Positions 24,589 through 38,195 of a stretch of DNA of 64,000 nucleotides are shown here, in pieces (positions within the stretch are counted from its first letter, which is position 1; each line of letters opens with the position of its first letter). Below the pieces are notes generated by a model. The model did no database searches. It saw only the letters and a program-made list of their open reading frames with translations, and was not told the DNA's origin. Source of the stretch: Octopus vulgaris (Eukaryota); assembly GCA_951406725.2 (NCBI GenBank), contig OX597825.1, positions 992,001 to 1,056,000 of the forward strand, written 5' to 3'. A program made the position numbers and the translations under genes.

Positions 24589-24961
24589 AAAATCAAAATC
24601 AAAATCGATCAACATCAATGGAAATTGCAGCTGTGATACCAGTGCTGGTGGCACGTAAGAGAACCATCCGAACGTGGCTGTTGCCAGTGCCACCCCGACT
24701 GGCCTCCATGCCAGTGGCATATAAAAAGCACCATCCGATTGTGGCCATTTGCCAGCCTCGTCTGGCACCTGTGCTGGTGGCACATAAAAAGTACCCACTA
24801 CACTCATGGAGTGGTTGGCGTTAGGAAGGGCATCCAGCCGTAGAAACATTGCCAGATCTGACTGGGCCTGGTGCAGCCTCCTGGCTTCCCAGATCCCAGT
24901 TGAACCGTCCAACCCATGCTAGCATGGAAAGCGGACGCTAAATGATGATGATGATGATGAT
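24589..24961 (+). mobile_element. SINE family B (RTE-derived bipartite body, (ATG)n tail), three internal modules
   Basis: GGTTGGCGTTAGGAAGGGCATCCAGCCGTAGAAAC resembles the RTE 5' UTR motif; tail GGACGCTAAATGATGATGATG; multiple copies in the window. Confidence 0.8.
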
Positions 24962-25149
24962 ATATATATAAATATAGGCCAGAATGGAGAACAAATTTCA
25001 AAGGTCAAGTCCCTTTATCAAATGAAATCACTCATTCGGTATTAAGCATTCACACTGGAAGCCCCAATATGAACATTTCTGAGTGTTTGGGTGTGAATCT
25101 GAGGAGAGTGCAATCTGAGGACATGTACTGAGAGTGATAAGAATAAAAC

Positions 25150-25320
25150 ATATATATATATACAACTGGCTTCTTTCAATTTCCATCAACCAAACACATT
25201 CACAAGGCTTTGGTTGGCCCGAGGCTATAGTAGAAAACCTTTGCTCAAAGTACCACACAGTGGGACTGAACCTGGAACCAAGTGGTTGGGAAGCAAGCTT
25301 TTTACCACACAGCCATGACT
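25150..25320 (-). mobile_element. SINE family A, 5' half
   Basis: Reverse complement of the tRNA-like head and GGTAGATGGAAA-type body. Confidence 0.7.
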
Positions 25321-25397
25321 ACATGTGTATGTGTGTGCGTGTAAATATGCATGTATATATGTATGCATGTACACACACATATGGACATGTGTGTGTG

Positions 25398-25690
25398 TGA
25401 AGGTGGCTGGCATATTGGTTAGGGTATTTGGCTCACAATTGTAAGGTCATGAGTTCAATTTCTGGTAGTGTGTTGTGTCCTTGAGCAAGACACTTTATTT
25501 CACATTGCTCCAGTCCAATCAGCTGGCAAAAACGAGCTGTACCCGTAATTCAAAAGACTAACCTCTCCCTCAGAACTATGTTAAGTGTCTGTGGAGTACT
25601 CAGCCACTTGCATGTTAATTTGACGACCAGGCTGTTCCATTAATTGGATCACTGGAACCCTTGTCGTTGGAACCGATGGAGAGCCAGCTT
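25398..25690 (+). mobile_element. tRNA-derived SINE family E (CORE/Deu-like body)
   Basis: TGG...TGGTTAGGG head, GAGTTCAATT B-box, TTGTGTCCTTGAGCAAGACACTTTA...CAGTCCA.TCAGCTG central domain. Single copy in the window. Confidence 0.6.
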
Positions 25691-25890
25691 TTTATATACA
25701 TATATGTGTGAGGGTGCATATATATATATATCATCATTTTTTAACGTCCATTTTCCATGCTGGTATGGGTTGGACGGTTTGTGTGTGTCTGACTCTATAC
25801 ATACTTGCCTTATTAGGCTGGCTGGAGCTTATTTCTGAGATGTTTAAGTGACTGAGAATATATATTTTGCATATTTATACACACACAATT

Positions 25891-25937
<47 letters not shown>

Positions 25938-26240
25938 AGCTTCTTTAGTTATAGCTTGTTTGTTGTTGTTTGTTATTATCAATGTTTGCAATAATGTTAC
26001 TTCAGTTGGATTGATTATATGATTATAGAGTACTACTACTTCTACTACTACTGCTACTACTACTACTACTTCTACTACTACTACTGCTACTACTACTATT
26101 ACTTCTACTACAACAAGATAGCTTCAGATTTGTTGTACAAATTTCTCACAAATAACATGATGTAACAGCATACTGAAACATTTTACAATCCTACATATCA
26201 AGGATAGATTTTTGATAGAAAAACACACACGCACACACAT

Positions 26241-26315
<75 letters not shown>

Positions 26316-26493
26316 TTCTATTTCTTTCTTTCTTACTTTTTTCTCTCCATCTGACTTGCTAAAAAGTGACTGTAACAAAACCAGTTCTTTCTGTCTTCCT
26401 CTCAATAACAACATTCCTCTCTTCCATTCTCTCGCTTCCCCAATCCTGACTCTCTCCCTCTCTCTCCCTCCCTCCCTCTCTATCTACATTTCA

Positions 26494-26538
<45 letters not shown>

Positions 26539-27469
26539 ATTGTGTTTTCCATTGTCATCATATTTCTTTTCTGTTTAGCTTTTATGTCTTATTATGTTTC
26601 TCTCACTCTTCCTTCTCCTTCTCTCTTTCCCTCTCCTCTCAGCAGACCTCCAGTTTTTGGGTTTCTGAAACACACACACACACACACTCTTCCTATTGCC
26701 AACACCCATATCCATACATACGCATATTTGATTTCATAATACATGATGAAAGCAATGTATTGAATGTATTCATAAGGGAACAATTTTATATAAACGTCAG
26801 TTTTATTTCCTATCATCATTAGCCACCAGGTTTATATCTATTGTTTTGCCAGCTAAAACACATTCTGACATACAAATAATAGGTTTTACAAAGAAGTATC
26901 GAAAAATATTTTCACCATATTGTGAAATATATGTGAAATTTATATAAAATCATCAAATATATGGAAACTGATGAATTTTGTATTATAAAGGAATGAACAG
27001 AAACAGAATGTAATAATAAAATGACAGTTGCATCCAAGGATTCTGTTTAAATCTAAAAGACAAAAATTCTAAAGGGAATCCTTTGAAAAACAAAATATCT
27101 CCAAATATTAAGGATGTTTAGAATCCTTTCTTTTTTTTTCTTTTTTTTCTGCAAGTTGCATTTTGTCTATGGTAACAATCATATCGGTAAGTATAATATT
27201 GTTCAGGAGGCAGAATTCACTTTGGTTATCTTATCTATTCAACATCATAATACATCATCATTGTAAGTGCAGAGATGATAATGCGTTGTGACACCATAGA
27301 ATTCAATTCAATTTAGTTCTATTTAATTCTTTGTCATTATACAACAATGAGACAGAAACTGGATTGCAGGCCAAACAACAATATCGACATTCAGATGCAT
27401 GTACAAACATCCACATACACACACTTCCCCAACCCCAATAATAATATTTCATTTCCCCAATAATTATTA

Positions 27470-27785
27470 ATTCTCTGCAAAGCTCAGGTGAGATCTGCAA
27501 TGGAGTTTTGCTCTCACATCCTACTGTCTACTCAAGAAATGCTATTCCACTGTCTGCTCAGCATCACATATCATCCTCTTGCCCACTGGACAGGCTATCT
27601 TGTCCCTCTAACTTTTTCTACTACAACTAAACTGAGTGCTACTCCTTGGTTCTGGCTGGTAATGTTCCTCATCCAGCCAGGTACCCTCAAATCACATGTG
27701 CTCCCTTCTCACCACCCGTTTCATGTCATTTCCCTCCCTGTCTTTAATACAAACTACTAATCTAACATTTACAGGGTAAATCAAT
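27470..27785 (+). pseudogene. CR1/L2-group LINE C-terminal fossil
   Basis: LCKAQVRSAMEFCSHI resembles the YKAQIRPxMEYCSHIW motif; ends ...SLPVFNTNY. Confidence 0.55.
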
Positions 27786-27879
27786 GTCTTGGAAATAGTA
27801 GTGAATATCAAATCACAAATGACTGTCTTTTGGAAAGACTGGGTGGAATGGAAAATGTAATTCTGCGTATAGACAGATA

Positions 27880-28150
27880 TGCATAGGGGTGGTTAAGAGG
27901 CTCACTTTACAATGACATAGTTCTGGGTTCAGTCCCCTCCAGTGCAGCACCTTGGGCAAGTATCTTCTGCTACAACCTTGAGTTAACCAATGCCTTGTGA
28001 GTGAATTTGGCAGATGGAAACTGTTTGGAAACTCTGTGTGTGTGTGTGTGTATTTGGACCTCCATCACTTGATAACTGGTGTTAGTTTGTTTATATCCAT
28101 TTAAAAGTGATTGATAGAATAAGTATTAGGGCTAAATTGCTTGACTAAAC
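27880..28150 (+). mobile_element. SINE family A, diverged copy
   Basis: GGGTTCAGTCCC...CACCTTGGGCAAGTATCTTCT...GCCTTGTGAGTGAATTTGGCAGATGGAAACTG. Confidence 0.7.
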
Positions 28151-29145
28151 CCATGTAAAAATATAGACAAGATGGTCATAACTGGAATGTCTTTAACTAT
28201 AAGTATCACATTTTTATGGCTAACATGATAACAAATAGTAATAACCGATATTTTCTTTTATCAACCCACTAAAGGATGCAAAGCAGAGTCAACCCTGACA
28301 GGATTTGACTCTTGGTACATAACAAGACTCAACAAAATAGTGAAATATATTTTCTCCTTTGACTCCCTGCTTATCCACCTGACTCCTTCAATAATATAAA
28401 CAAACGTGAAACAATGGGAGGTCTTTTGTGTTGTTGATAACCTGCTTGGAGAAGAAAAATTATCTTAAATCACATCCCTACTATCTTAAGACAAAAAAAG
28501 GACATACTGGGCTATACCCTAGATCCCAGATACATGAAGGCATAGGGTAGTCACATGACTAGCTGCGATGACAGATCTGCTTAATCAGAGTGGACCTAGG
28601 GTTAAATAATAACAGAACGGATAAAATATTTAACAAATCTTTTTTTGTACTCTTTGAAAAGTTCAATAAGATTAAAATCTGAAAGTCAGAAAGACTATTA
28701 AATCTATGTCGCAGTAATGTTTTTAGCCATAGACGTTTCAAAGAATAGCAGCTTTACAGTTATTTATACAAATATGTACACACACTATATAATTATAAAA
28801 ACACATCTATCCAAATACACAAATACAGACTAACTTTTCTTCCTCTCTCTCTCTCATATATACATGTGTGTGTGTATATATATATATATATCAGTACAGA
28901 TGTATAAGCACATATTTTCCAAAATACTCATACACATACTAACACAAACTCAAATAATAATTAAATAAATTTCAAATGATAATATGAAAAAAATATACAG
29001 CAATATTCAATGCTTTTAGCTAATTATAAAGATACATTTAAAGTTTTTTGCAGCTGTTTTCTTCAGATTTATATAGAATGTTTCAGATCTCTATTATTAT
29101 TATCATTATTATTATTATAACTATTATTATTATTATTACTATTAA

Positions 29146-29460
29146 TGTGATGAGATGGCAGGATCATTATAGTGTTGGAGAAAATGCTTAGTGTATTTCT
29201 TTTGGTTCTTTACATTCTGAGTTCAAATTCCACTGAAATCAACTTTGCTTTTCATCTTTTCAGAATGATAAAATAAAGTACCAGTCAAGTGGCCTTGTGC
29301 CAAAATTATTATTATTTGACCGAATCGTTGGCACACTGGGCAAAATGCTTAGTGGCATTTCATCTGTCCTTATGTTCATCATCATCAACCTGCGTTCAAA
29401 TTCCGTCAAGGTCAACTTTGCCTTTCATCCTTTTGGGGTCAATAAAATAAGTAATCGACA
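29146..29460 (+). mobile_element. Two tandem SINE family C copies following an (ATT)n tract
   Basis: AAAATGCTTAGTG...GTTCAAATTCC...CAACTTTGC.TTTCATC.TTT...AATAA.GTA repeated twice. Confidence 0.7.
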
Positions 29461-31344
29461 ATCCTGGTTTTGTGCTAAACCCTTGATAATATTTTCACAT
29501 TTGATTTCCAGTTCTAATAAATTTTTGTGATATTTTACATCTAATTATTCCTTTGCATAATTGTGCTCACTTGCTTAGTAAGTATTGCTTTCATTATTTT
29601 ATCACAGTCATAATCTCTTTTTTTAAAAACAAATATCATGGTAGTCCAACAATGGAGAGGGGAAGCAGTTTGTCAAGTTTTACCTTCCACTTAAAGCAAC
29701 ATAGAGATTTCAATTCAACAGCCCTTCTGTAAGCTTTGCAGTGGGTGTGTGTGTGTTTGAGAGAGAGATAACATTGCAAACAATGAATGAAATAAACATG
29801 AAATGAAAAAATCGTATAAATAAAAAGGACATTACTACAGATATATATGTCCCTGACTTTGTTGTTTCATAACATTCAGGAAAATGGATACTTTTTAACA
29901 AACTTTTCTACAAATACTGCTTAGATGTAGTGGCTTCAGGGTATTTAGAGATTTTTGGGAAAGAATTTTTCCAAGGGGATGGAGTGAGGAGTTTCAAAAA
30001 GTTCACATGATCTGACTTTTTTCCCTCACAACTTTCAGGAGAATGGGTATCTATTAGTGAAAGTTAATGCAATTCCCTTTGAAATGGCATAGATTACAAT
30101 TATAAAGAAATTTGTGGGGGAAATTTTTTTTCTGAGGAGGTGGGGAGAGGAGTTTCAGTAAAATGGAGTTTTGGATCAGGAAGAGCAAATAAGTTAAAAC
30201 TACTCTGTTTTGACGGGGATTTTCCCCATTTTATTTTAAACCACAGCCTTTGAAATGATGGGGTTGTAGGAAGGTATCTTTGTAAGAAAAAGTTTTGAAA
30301 ATTATTTTTACACCCCACCCCATCATCCCACTCCAGGGTTACTTTGACCAATTTTGTTTGCACTTCAAAACCAAGGCCTTTTCAGTAAAAAAAAAAAGAA
30401 AAAAAATTGTTGATATTTTCAGAAGGAAATGCAAATGATTTAAGGGTGATTTGGTTGTTGTTTCTAGTGCATCCAAAGACAATCCTCCTCGTTTCTTTAT
30501 CACTCTTACATGTATTGATGTTTTTCAATACCCCCCCCACCCATAAATTCATTTATATGCTATAAAAAAAGAAAATCTGAGAAATTATGAATATTTTGCA
30601 ATCCCACTCCCTGCCCCTAAATATTGGAGAGCCTGAGAAGGTCCTTGCTGGCACTTATCCACACTGAATTAAAAAAAAGAGTCATTTTAGTAGTATACTT
30701 TTTGTTGCTCATACTCCACCAATGGATCCCGTGTGAGAGTGAAGATTGAGGGTGGTTTGGGTTGTGCTAGAAACAACAGCCAAACCTCCCTGAAATTGTT
30801 CATTTTTTCTCTGAGAATATTTATGATTTTTTTCCTTTTTTACCAAAAAGACTCCTCCCATGGTTTTTAAGTTAAAAAAGAAAAATGGCCAAAATCGGTC
30901 TGGATAGTTATTTAAAGACTTATAGTGTTACAAACAGCCATAACAACAAAATCACTTCTTAATATTTTTTACAAAAATTATATTGGTCAATAATGTTTTT
31001 ACATTACGTATATATTAACAGAATAAACCATTGGTTTTCCGAATAGCAAATTAAAACTTGAAATGAAAACATTGAAAGAGAAGGTGAGAGACTTTACAAA
31101 TGTAAACAAAATACTCAGCAGTGAATGCAACGAATATTTAAATTTGTGAAAAATTGAAGTTTGAAAATTCAATAAAGTTCAGAAATTGAAATTATAGGAA
31201 ATTTCTAGGAACATGAATTTATAAAACAATTTCCAGACGGTCAGGCCTTTAATAATTGCTTTCTTTTAGTACCTTTAGTAACTGTTACATAACTAATCAA
31301 TAAGCAGCTGTCTTTCTCTTTTATAGTATAGATTATTATTATTA

Positions 31345-31850
31345 TTGAGTGAGAGAGCAGTTCATGCCATCAAAGTAACACAGGGGTAAAATATACAAAG
31401 CCCAGTATACCAATCATGACTACCCGTCTGATAAGGGTACACTAGGCACATGCATCACAACCATATGTGCGCAACATGGTGATCTTATATCACGATAAGC
31501 AGCATATGACCTTGCAGGTGGGGCCCAGTTAGAATTTTCTTCTGGTCAAGTAATCCAACCCGCTCAAAAGGTCCCTGAATAAGGGTTGTTTAAGGATGTT
31601 GAACAAAACACCCATGTTTCCAGAGGTGAATCATTCAAACCCCAAAGAATCCCTCTCAACACATGGCTATGATGCTCCCCCACTACTTCTGCTCATGATC
31701 AGAGATGCACATATCGTCAGCCACTAAGGAACATGCACAACTGGTTAAAGTCAAACAACTGACTGGCAAATCTGTGGAATTGAGCAGAATATTTGCTGTA
31801 GCCCATCTTTTATACCAAGACAAAACAATGTACATAACACTTCCAATCAG
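31345..31850 (-). mobile_element. Probable 3' end of another non-LTR retroelement with an (AAT)n tail
   Basis: ~500-bp more GC-rich block starting at an ATTATT tract and separating it from a family C head (GGCAGAATAGTTAG at 31851); weak DWKC-like coding remnant on the minus strand. Confidence 0.4.
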
Positions 31851-31932
31851 GGCAGAATAGTTAGAAGCTGGACAAAATGCTTAGTGACGTTTCATCTGTC
31901 TTTCTCTATAGTTTGTCTCATTGGTTACATAT

Positions 31933-31990
<58 letters not shown>

Positions 31991-31991
<1 letters not shown>

Positions 31992-32434
31992 GACTGAGAC
32001 TTTTGGCAATATGCTGTGCTTGTGAGGACCTGTCAAGCCAACTGAAATCGTAGTCATGGCTGATGCTGGTGTCACATAACTGGCCCCTGTGTCAGTGGCA
32101 TGTAAAGAACATCTTCCAAGCACTGGGCCTCATGGAAGCAATGACTGAAACCTTTGGCCATTATGCTATGATCGAGAAGAAGACCCATCAAGCTGAGCAA
32201 AATCACAGTCATGGCAGATACTGGTGTCACACAAATGGCACCCATGCTGGTGGCACGTAAAAGCAGCCATTACACTTTCAGAGTGGTTGGCATTAGGAAG
32301 GGCATCCAACCATAGAAAACCATGCCATATCAGACTGGAGTCTGGTGCAGCCTTCCAGCATGTCAGCCCTGGTCAAATTGTCCAATCCATGCCAGCATGG
32401 GCAACAGACATTAAATGATGATGATGATGATGAT
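31991..32434 (+). mobile_element. SINE family B variant with a duplicated ~150-bp 5' module
   Basis: TGACTGA.AC.TTTGGC...TCAAGC...AGTCATGGC.GAT.CTGGTGTCAC...TGGCA.GTAAA occurs twice (from 31991 and 32142), then the GGAAGGGCATCC body and (ATG)n tail. Confidence 0.75.
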
Positions 32435-32445
32435 ATATATGTATG

Positions 32446-32497
<52 letters not shown>

Positions 32498-32507
32498 TAT
32501 ATCATTG

Positions 32508-32906
32508 AAGGAATGGGTGTGTGGTAAGTAGCTTGCCTACCAACCACATGGTTCCGGGTTCCATCCCACTGCCTTGCACCTTGGGCAAGTGTCTTCTACT
32601 ATAGCCTCAGTGGATTTGGTAGATGGAAACTGAAAGAATCCCATCGTATATATGTATTTATGTATATATATATGTATATGTATGTGTGTGTATATGTTTG
32701 TGTGTCTGCGTTTGTCCCCCAACATCGATTGACAACCGATGCTGGTGTTTACATCCCCGTAACTTAGCGGTTCGGCAAAAGAGACCGATAGAATAAGTAC
32801 TAGGCTTACAAAGAATAAGTCCTGGGGTTGATTTGCTTGACTAAAGGCAGTGCTCCAGCATGGCCACAGTCAAATGACTGAAGCAAGTAAAAGAGTAAAA
32901 GAGTAT
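32508..32906 (+). mobile_element. SINE family A, young near-consensus copy
   Basis: GTGTGGTAAGTAGCTTGC...GGGTTCCATCCC head; CpGs retained (TTAGCGGTTCGGC); tail GTAAAAGAGTAAAAGAGTA. Confidence 0.85.
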
Positions 32907-33862
32907 ATGTAGTTAGATAGAGGTAGATGGACAGACAGACAGACAGATTAGTAGACAGGTAAACATTTCTGTCACCTGAATGAATGCATGGAAGCAAGAA
33001 ACTGAGAAAATGACAGAATGAATAATCAGCTACGAACAAATGAACATTAATATTCCACAAATGTTGTTTGTTACACAAAATATATTTGTCAATCAACAAC
33101 GAAGACACTGAAGTAAATATATGAATTTTGATGTATCACATGGCACAGGCTTTGATTTATTTCATACCACCGAGTTGAACAGCTTTCCCGCATCACAAAT
33201 GCACAGACATAGCAAAGAATAGTTTCCATAATTTTCACTAATCACAGAAAGCTAATAGAAAGCCGATGTATTTAAGAATTAAGACTAGTTTCTTTCTTAA
33301 CTAAACCATTTGGTAGGAAGAAAAAAAAAAAAGAATCAAAGGTCCTTCCTGAGTTATAAACTCATAAGACTAATTTCCTGAATTCTGATGCTGGTCCATT
33401 GCAGGTGAGACCAGTAGATAATGGCTAAAAATGCAAAAGAGAGTTCATCATCATCATTCAATCTTCACTTCCCTTTGCATACAAGGGTCAGATGAAATTT
33501 TGCTGAGGCAGATTTCCACTGACCCTCACCCCTGATTCTAAGCAAAATAATATTTTGATGCTCATTTACAATTTTAACATGCCAACAACACACACACACA
33601 CGAATGTCTATATCATGAACTTCTTTCAGCTTCTGTCAACCAAACCCACTCACAAGCCTTTGGTCAGCCAAGGCCTATAGGGGGTGATACTTGTCGAAGG
33701 TGCCATGCAATTAGAGTCAATCAAAGACTATATAATCGGGAAATAAGCTTCTTAACAACACAGCTACACCTGCACCTAAAAATTCTTATATTTAAGAGCA
33801 TCTCAGATCTTAATCTACAGAGGTACATTGTTCATAATAAAGAAATCTGTGTGTGTGTGTAT

Positions 33863-33906
<44 letters not shown>

Positions 33907-35075
33907 TGCTCTCTATAGATTTGTGTCAATGTGGCAGAGATGTTAGTATGTGGAACAGAATGCCTTGTGGTTCTGACTCTCTGTGCTCACATCATTCTAA
34001 GATCAACTTCACCTTCCATCTTTCTAGTCACTAAAATTTATGAAGTACCAATCTAAAGTGATGGATTTGCAGAACTTTAACAGCCCCAGACACATTGCCT
34101 CTGCAGGATCTTTGGATTCTAATAGCAAAACCTATGATGCTAGTGTCCTGCTGTTTGGGCTTTGAAGAAAAACCAACCTCAAACAACATGGATGGCACAG
34201 AGAAGGGAGTCTTTCATGAATAGACAGCTTCTAGCCTTTCACACAAAGGAAAGAAAAACCATGCTCAGGCCTGCACATAGAAGTGTAGATATATGACCAA
34301 CCCTGACTAATAAGGGCCCCTCTGTCTGGCCCCTCTGTCTATCTGTTTCTCAGTCTTTCTAGTTCTAGCCAGTTATCTGCATCTAGAACCACATCATCTA
34401 GTGTGCATTTTTGTTTTCTGGATACAATTTGGTTTGAAGAAAATTTAGTTGCTATTTCTAGTATACAGCAACCAGCTAGTGGTTCTCCTCATTGGCTCAG
34501 GATGAAAATTATCTCTCTTTACTGAGAATCTTGCTTCTATGTTCACTGCATTGTTATTGCAGACCAGCTATTAATGTACTCCAGTGTATTTAAGAATAAT
34601 TATCCATAATAAAGAAACAGCACTAATTACAGCTATTTGCATTCGAATATAATGCCAAATTGACCTAAGTTGAGGAATGATAATTATCAGAGAAAAGAAA
34701 TATGATTACAGATTCTTATATTAGTAATTTAGTTTATATAATTCTCGTCTTTTTCCATTTTAGTTGTACAAAATGAAGATTGATTCTAACAGAGTTAAAT
34801 CAAAATCAACCGCTTTGTTTTATCAATTGCAAAATGAAGTTTTACTCATCAGAAATGAAAGCATTCTTTTATTCTTTCACTGGTTTCAGTCATTCGATTA
34901 TTATAGCCAGGCCATGGCATCAATCTAATGATTCAATTGTCTCCAATGCACTGGTTTGTCTGTTACTTGTTTTATTGTCCCTGATCCTTGTAAACTAAAA
35001 TGAGGAAGACCAACTCAACCAAAAGGACAGAACTGAAATCTAAACGCAATATGGTATTTTTTTTATTTGACACAC

Positions 35076-35290
<215 letters not shown>

Positions 35291-35937
35291 TGTGTAGATA
35301 TACATGTGTGTGTGTATTGCCGTACATCATGTATATGCACCTAGGCTTCTGCACAGTTTCTATTAACAAACTTCTCCCACACAGCTTTGATTGATCCAAG
35401 GTTAAAGAAAGCATGTCTGTAATATTTTATGTATTAAGGAGCAAACCTGTGGTCCCAAAACGAACTTCCAAAGCACACACCAATGCTTCTACCTGTCTGT
35501 GTCTGTCTTTTACAATGGCTGCGAGTGGCAAAACAAAAAGGAGAGGAAGACATCAACTTTATTCAAAGATCATTCAGGAATCTACTTTTAATGTGAAATT
35601 TGGTAAAAAGCTACTAATACCATTGACTGAGGACAGATAATTTTATGAATCTCTATGGAATTGCTGTACTTCCTAGAAACAGCAGCCAATTTTACTTTAA
35701 GCCATTTAAAAAAAGAAAAGAGAGAGATACACTGGACACACACACACACACACAAATGCATGGGCAGTTAAAAGGCTTGCCTCACATCTACGAAGGCTTA
35801 GGTTTGATCTCACTGTGAGATATCTCGGGCAGGTATCTTTTTCTACAACTTGGGATCAATCCAAAATTCAGGGAGTAGGTTGTTCATTGATTGAACAACC
35901 GGACATTGAAACTAAATCAATCACTCTATCTACCTAC

Positions 35938-36059
35938 CTATGTATGTATGTATGTATGTATGTATGTATGTATGTATGTATGTATGTATGTATGTATGTA
36001 TGTATGTATGTATGTATGTATGTATGTATGTATGTATGTATGTATGTATGTATGTATGT

Positions 36060-36129
<70 letters not shown>

Positions 36130-36158
36130 ATGTATGTATGTATGTATGTATGTATGTA

Positions 36159-36189
<31 letters not shown>

Positions 36190-36202
36190 ATGTATGTATG
36201 TA

Positions 36203-36237
<35 letters not shown>

Positions 36238-36276
36238 ATGTATGTATGTATGTATGTATGTGTGTGTGTGTGTGTA

Positions 36277-36327
<51 letters not shown>

Positions 36328-36370
36328 ATGTGTATGTATGTGTGTATGTATGTATGTATGTATGTATGTA

Positions 36371-36451
<81 letters not shown>

Positions 36452-36488
36452 ATGTATGTATGTATGTATGTATGTATGTATGTATGTA

Positions 36489-36519
<31 letters not shown>

Positions 36520-36556
36520 ATGTATGTATGTATGTGTGTGTGTGTGTGTGTGTGTA

Positions 36557-36587
<31 letters not shown>

Positions 36588-36592
36588 ATGTA

Positions 36593-36679
<87 letters not shown>

Positions 36680-36680
36680 A

Positions 36681-36717
<37 letters not shown>

Positions 36718-36746
36718 ATGTATGTATGTATGTATGTATGTATGTA

Positions 36747-36793
<47 letters not shown>

Positions 36794-36810
36794 ATGTATG
36801 TATGTATGTA

Positions 36811-36841
<31 letters not shown>

Positions 36842-36942
36842 ATGTATGTATGTGTGTGTGTGTATGTATGTATGTATGTATGTATGTATGTGTGAATGTA
36901 TGTATGTATGTATGTATGTATGTATGTATGTATGTATGTATG

Positions 36943-36974
<32 letters not shown>

Positions 36975-36978
36975 TGTA

Positions 36979-37009
<31 letters not shown>

Positions 37010-37102
37010 ATGTATGTGTGAATGTATGTAAGTATGTATGTATGTATGTATGTATGTATGTATGTATGTATGTATGTACGTATGTATGTATGTATGTATG
37101 TA

Positions 37103-37137
<35 letters not shown>

Positions 37138-37142
37138 ATGTA

Positions 37143-37175
<33 letters not shown>

Positions 37176-37204
37176 ATGTATGTATGTATGCATGCATGCA
37201 TGCA

Positions 37205-37240
<36 letters not shown>
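35938..37240. repeat. ~1.3-kb interleaved (TATG)n/(TG)n microsatellite
   Basis: Direct inspection; source of the 334-479 aa pseudo-ORFs. Confidence 0.98.
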
Positions 37241-37242
<2 letters not shown>

Positions 37243-37926
37243 CAACTGTATTGACAGATTGTGTTGAACGTCCCTTATGAGGCTGTGCATGTCCTTGTTC
37301 AAAATGGTATGATTTGAAAGGGAAGGGGAAGGGATTGTTGATTTTGAACATAGAACCTCTCTTGTTGGCTAGGGTCCTTTTTGGTTTAAGAAGGTGTGCA
37401 TTTTTGTTTTTTTTTATCGGAGAGAAGATTTTACTGTTTTTTCCAGCAAGTCAAGTACCAGTTTGGTTTGAAATTATTGATGTTGTCTGCTAAAGCTCTT
37501 CTGGAAGGTGGTGGGGTGGGGATGGGGAAATGAAACATAAACAAGCAGTATTTATCATATCAACCATTTAGTATTTATTCTGTTATCCCATTGTGTCTGC
37601 ATCAGTTAAAGAAGTCCAATTAAACTGTTCGACCTCCTCCATCCACAGCAGAAATATGAGAACAAGTTGCAGACGTAAGAGGTTCGAAAGTGGGGGATGA
37701 GACACAGAAATCAATAAATCACTCAGAGGGAAATCTAAATAACATTTATAAAATAATACTTGCATTTCTTTGTTAACATGCAGTCAGCATTGATCATTAT
37801 TGCTTTTATGAAATAGAATAGGTTTTTAAATAAAATTAGATAAGTTATGTAATATTTATAGACAAACTGGTGCCATAAGTACCATTACTTTAGCCTGGAG
37901 CTTGACATCTTATAAAGAATCATTTT

Positions 37927-37998
37927 ATATATATATATATATATACATACATATATATATATACATACATAAATATATATATATATATACATATATAC

Positions 37999-38083
<85 letters not shown>

Positions 38084-38148
38084 TACATATATATATACAT
38101 ATATATACATATATATATATACATATATATATACATATATATATATAC

Positions 38149-38191
<43 letters not shown>
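37927..38191. repeat. (TA)n/(TACA) microsatellite
   Basis: Direct inspection. Confidence 0.95.

Positions 38192-38195
<4 letters not shown>

Noticed and set aside
26212-26739. 175-aa ORF with a hydrophobic segment
   Set aside because: Built from (CA)n and (TC)n tracts; hydrophobicity reflects T-rich composition.
32508-32575. tRNA gene
   Set aside because: A/B-box-like head continues into a SINE body and cannot form a full cloverleaf; it is a SINE head, as are the other copies.
35815-37351. Six overlapping 334-479 aa ORFs (CMYV/HTYI repeats)
   Set aside because: Translations of a TATG/TG microsatellite that lacks stop codons; no coding signal.
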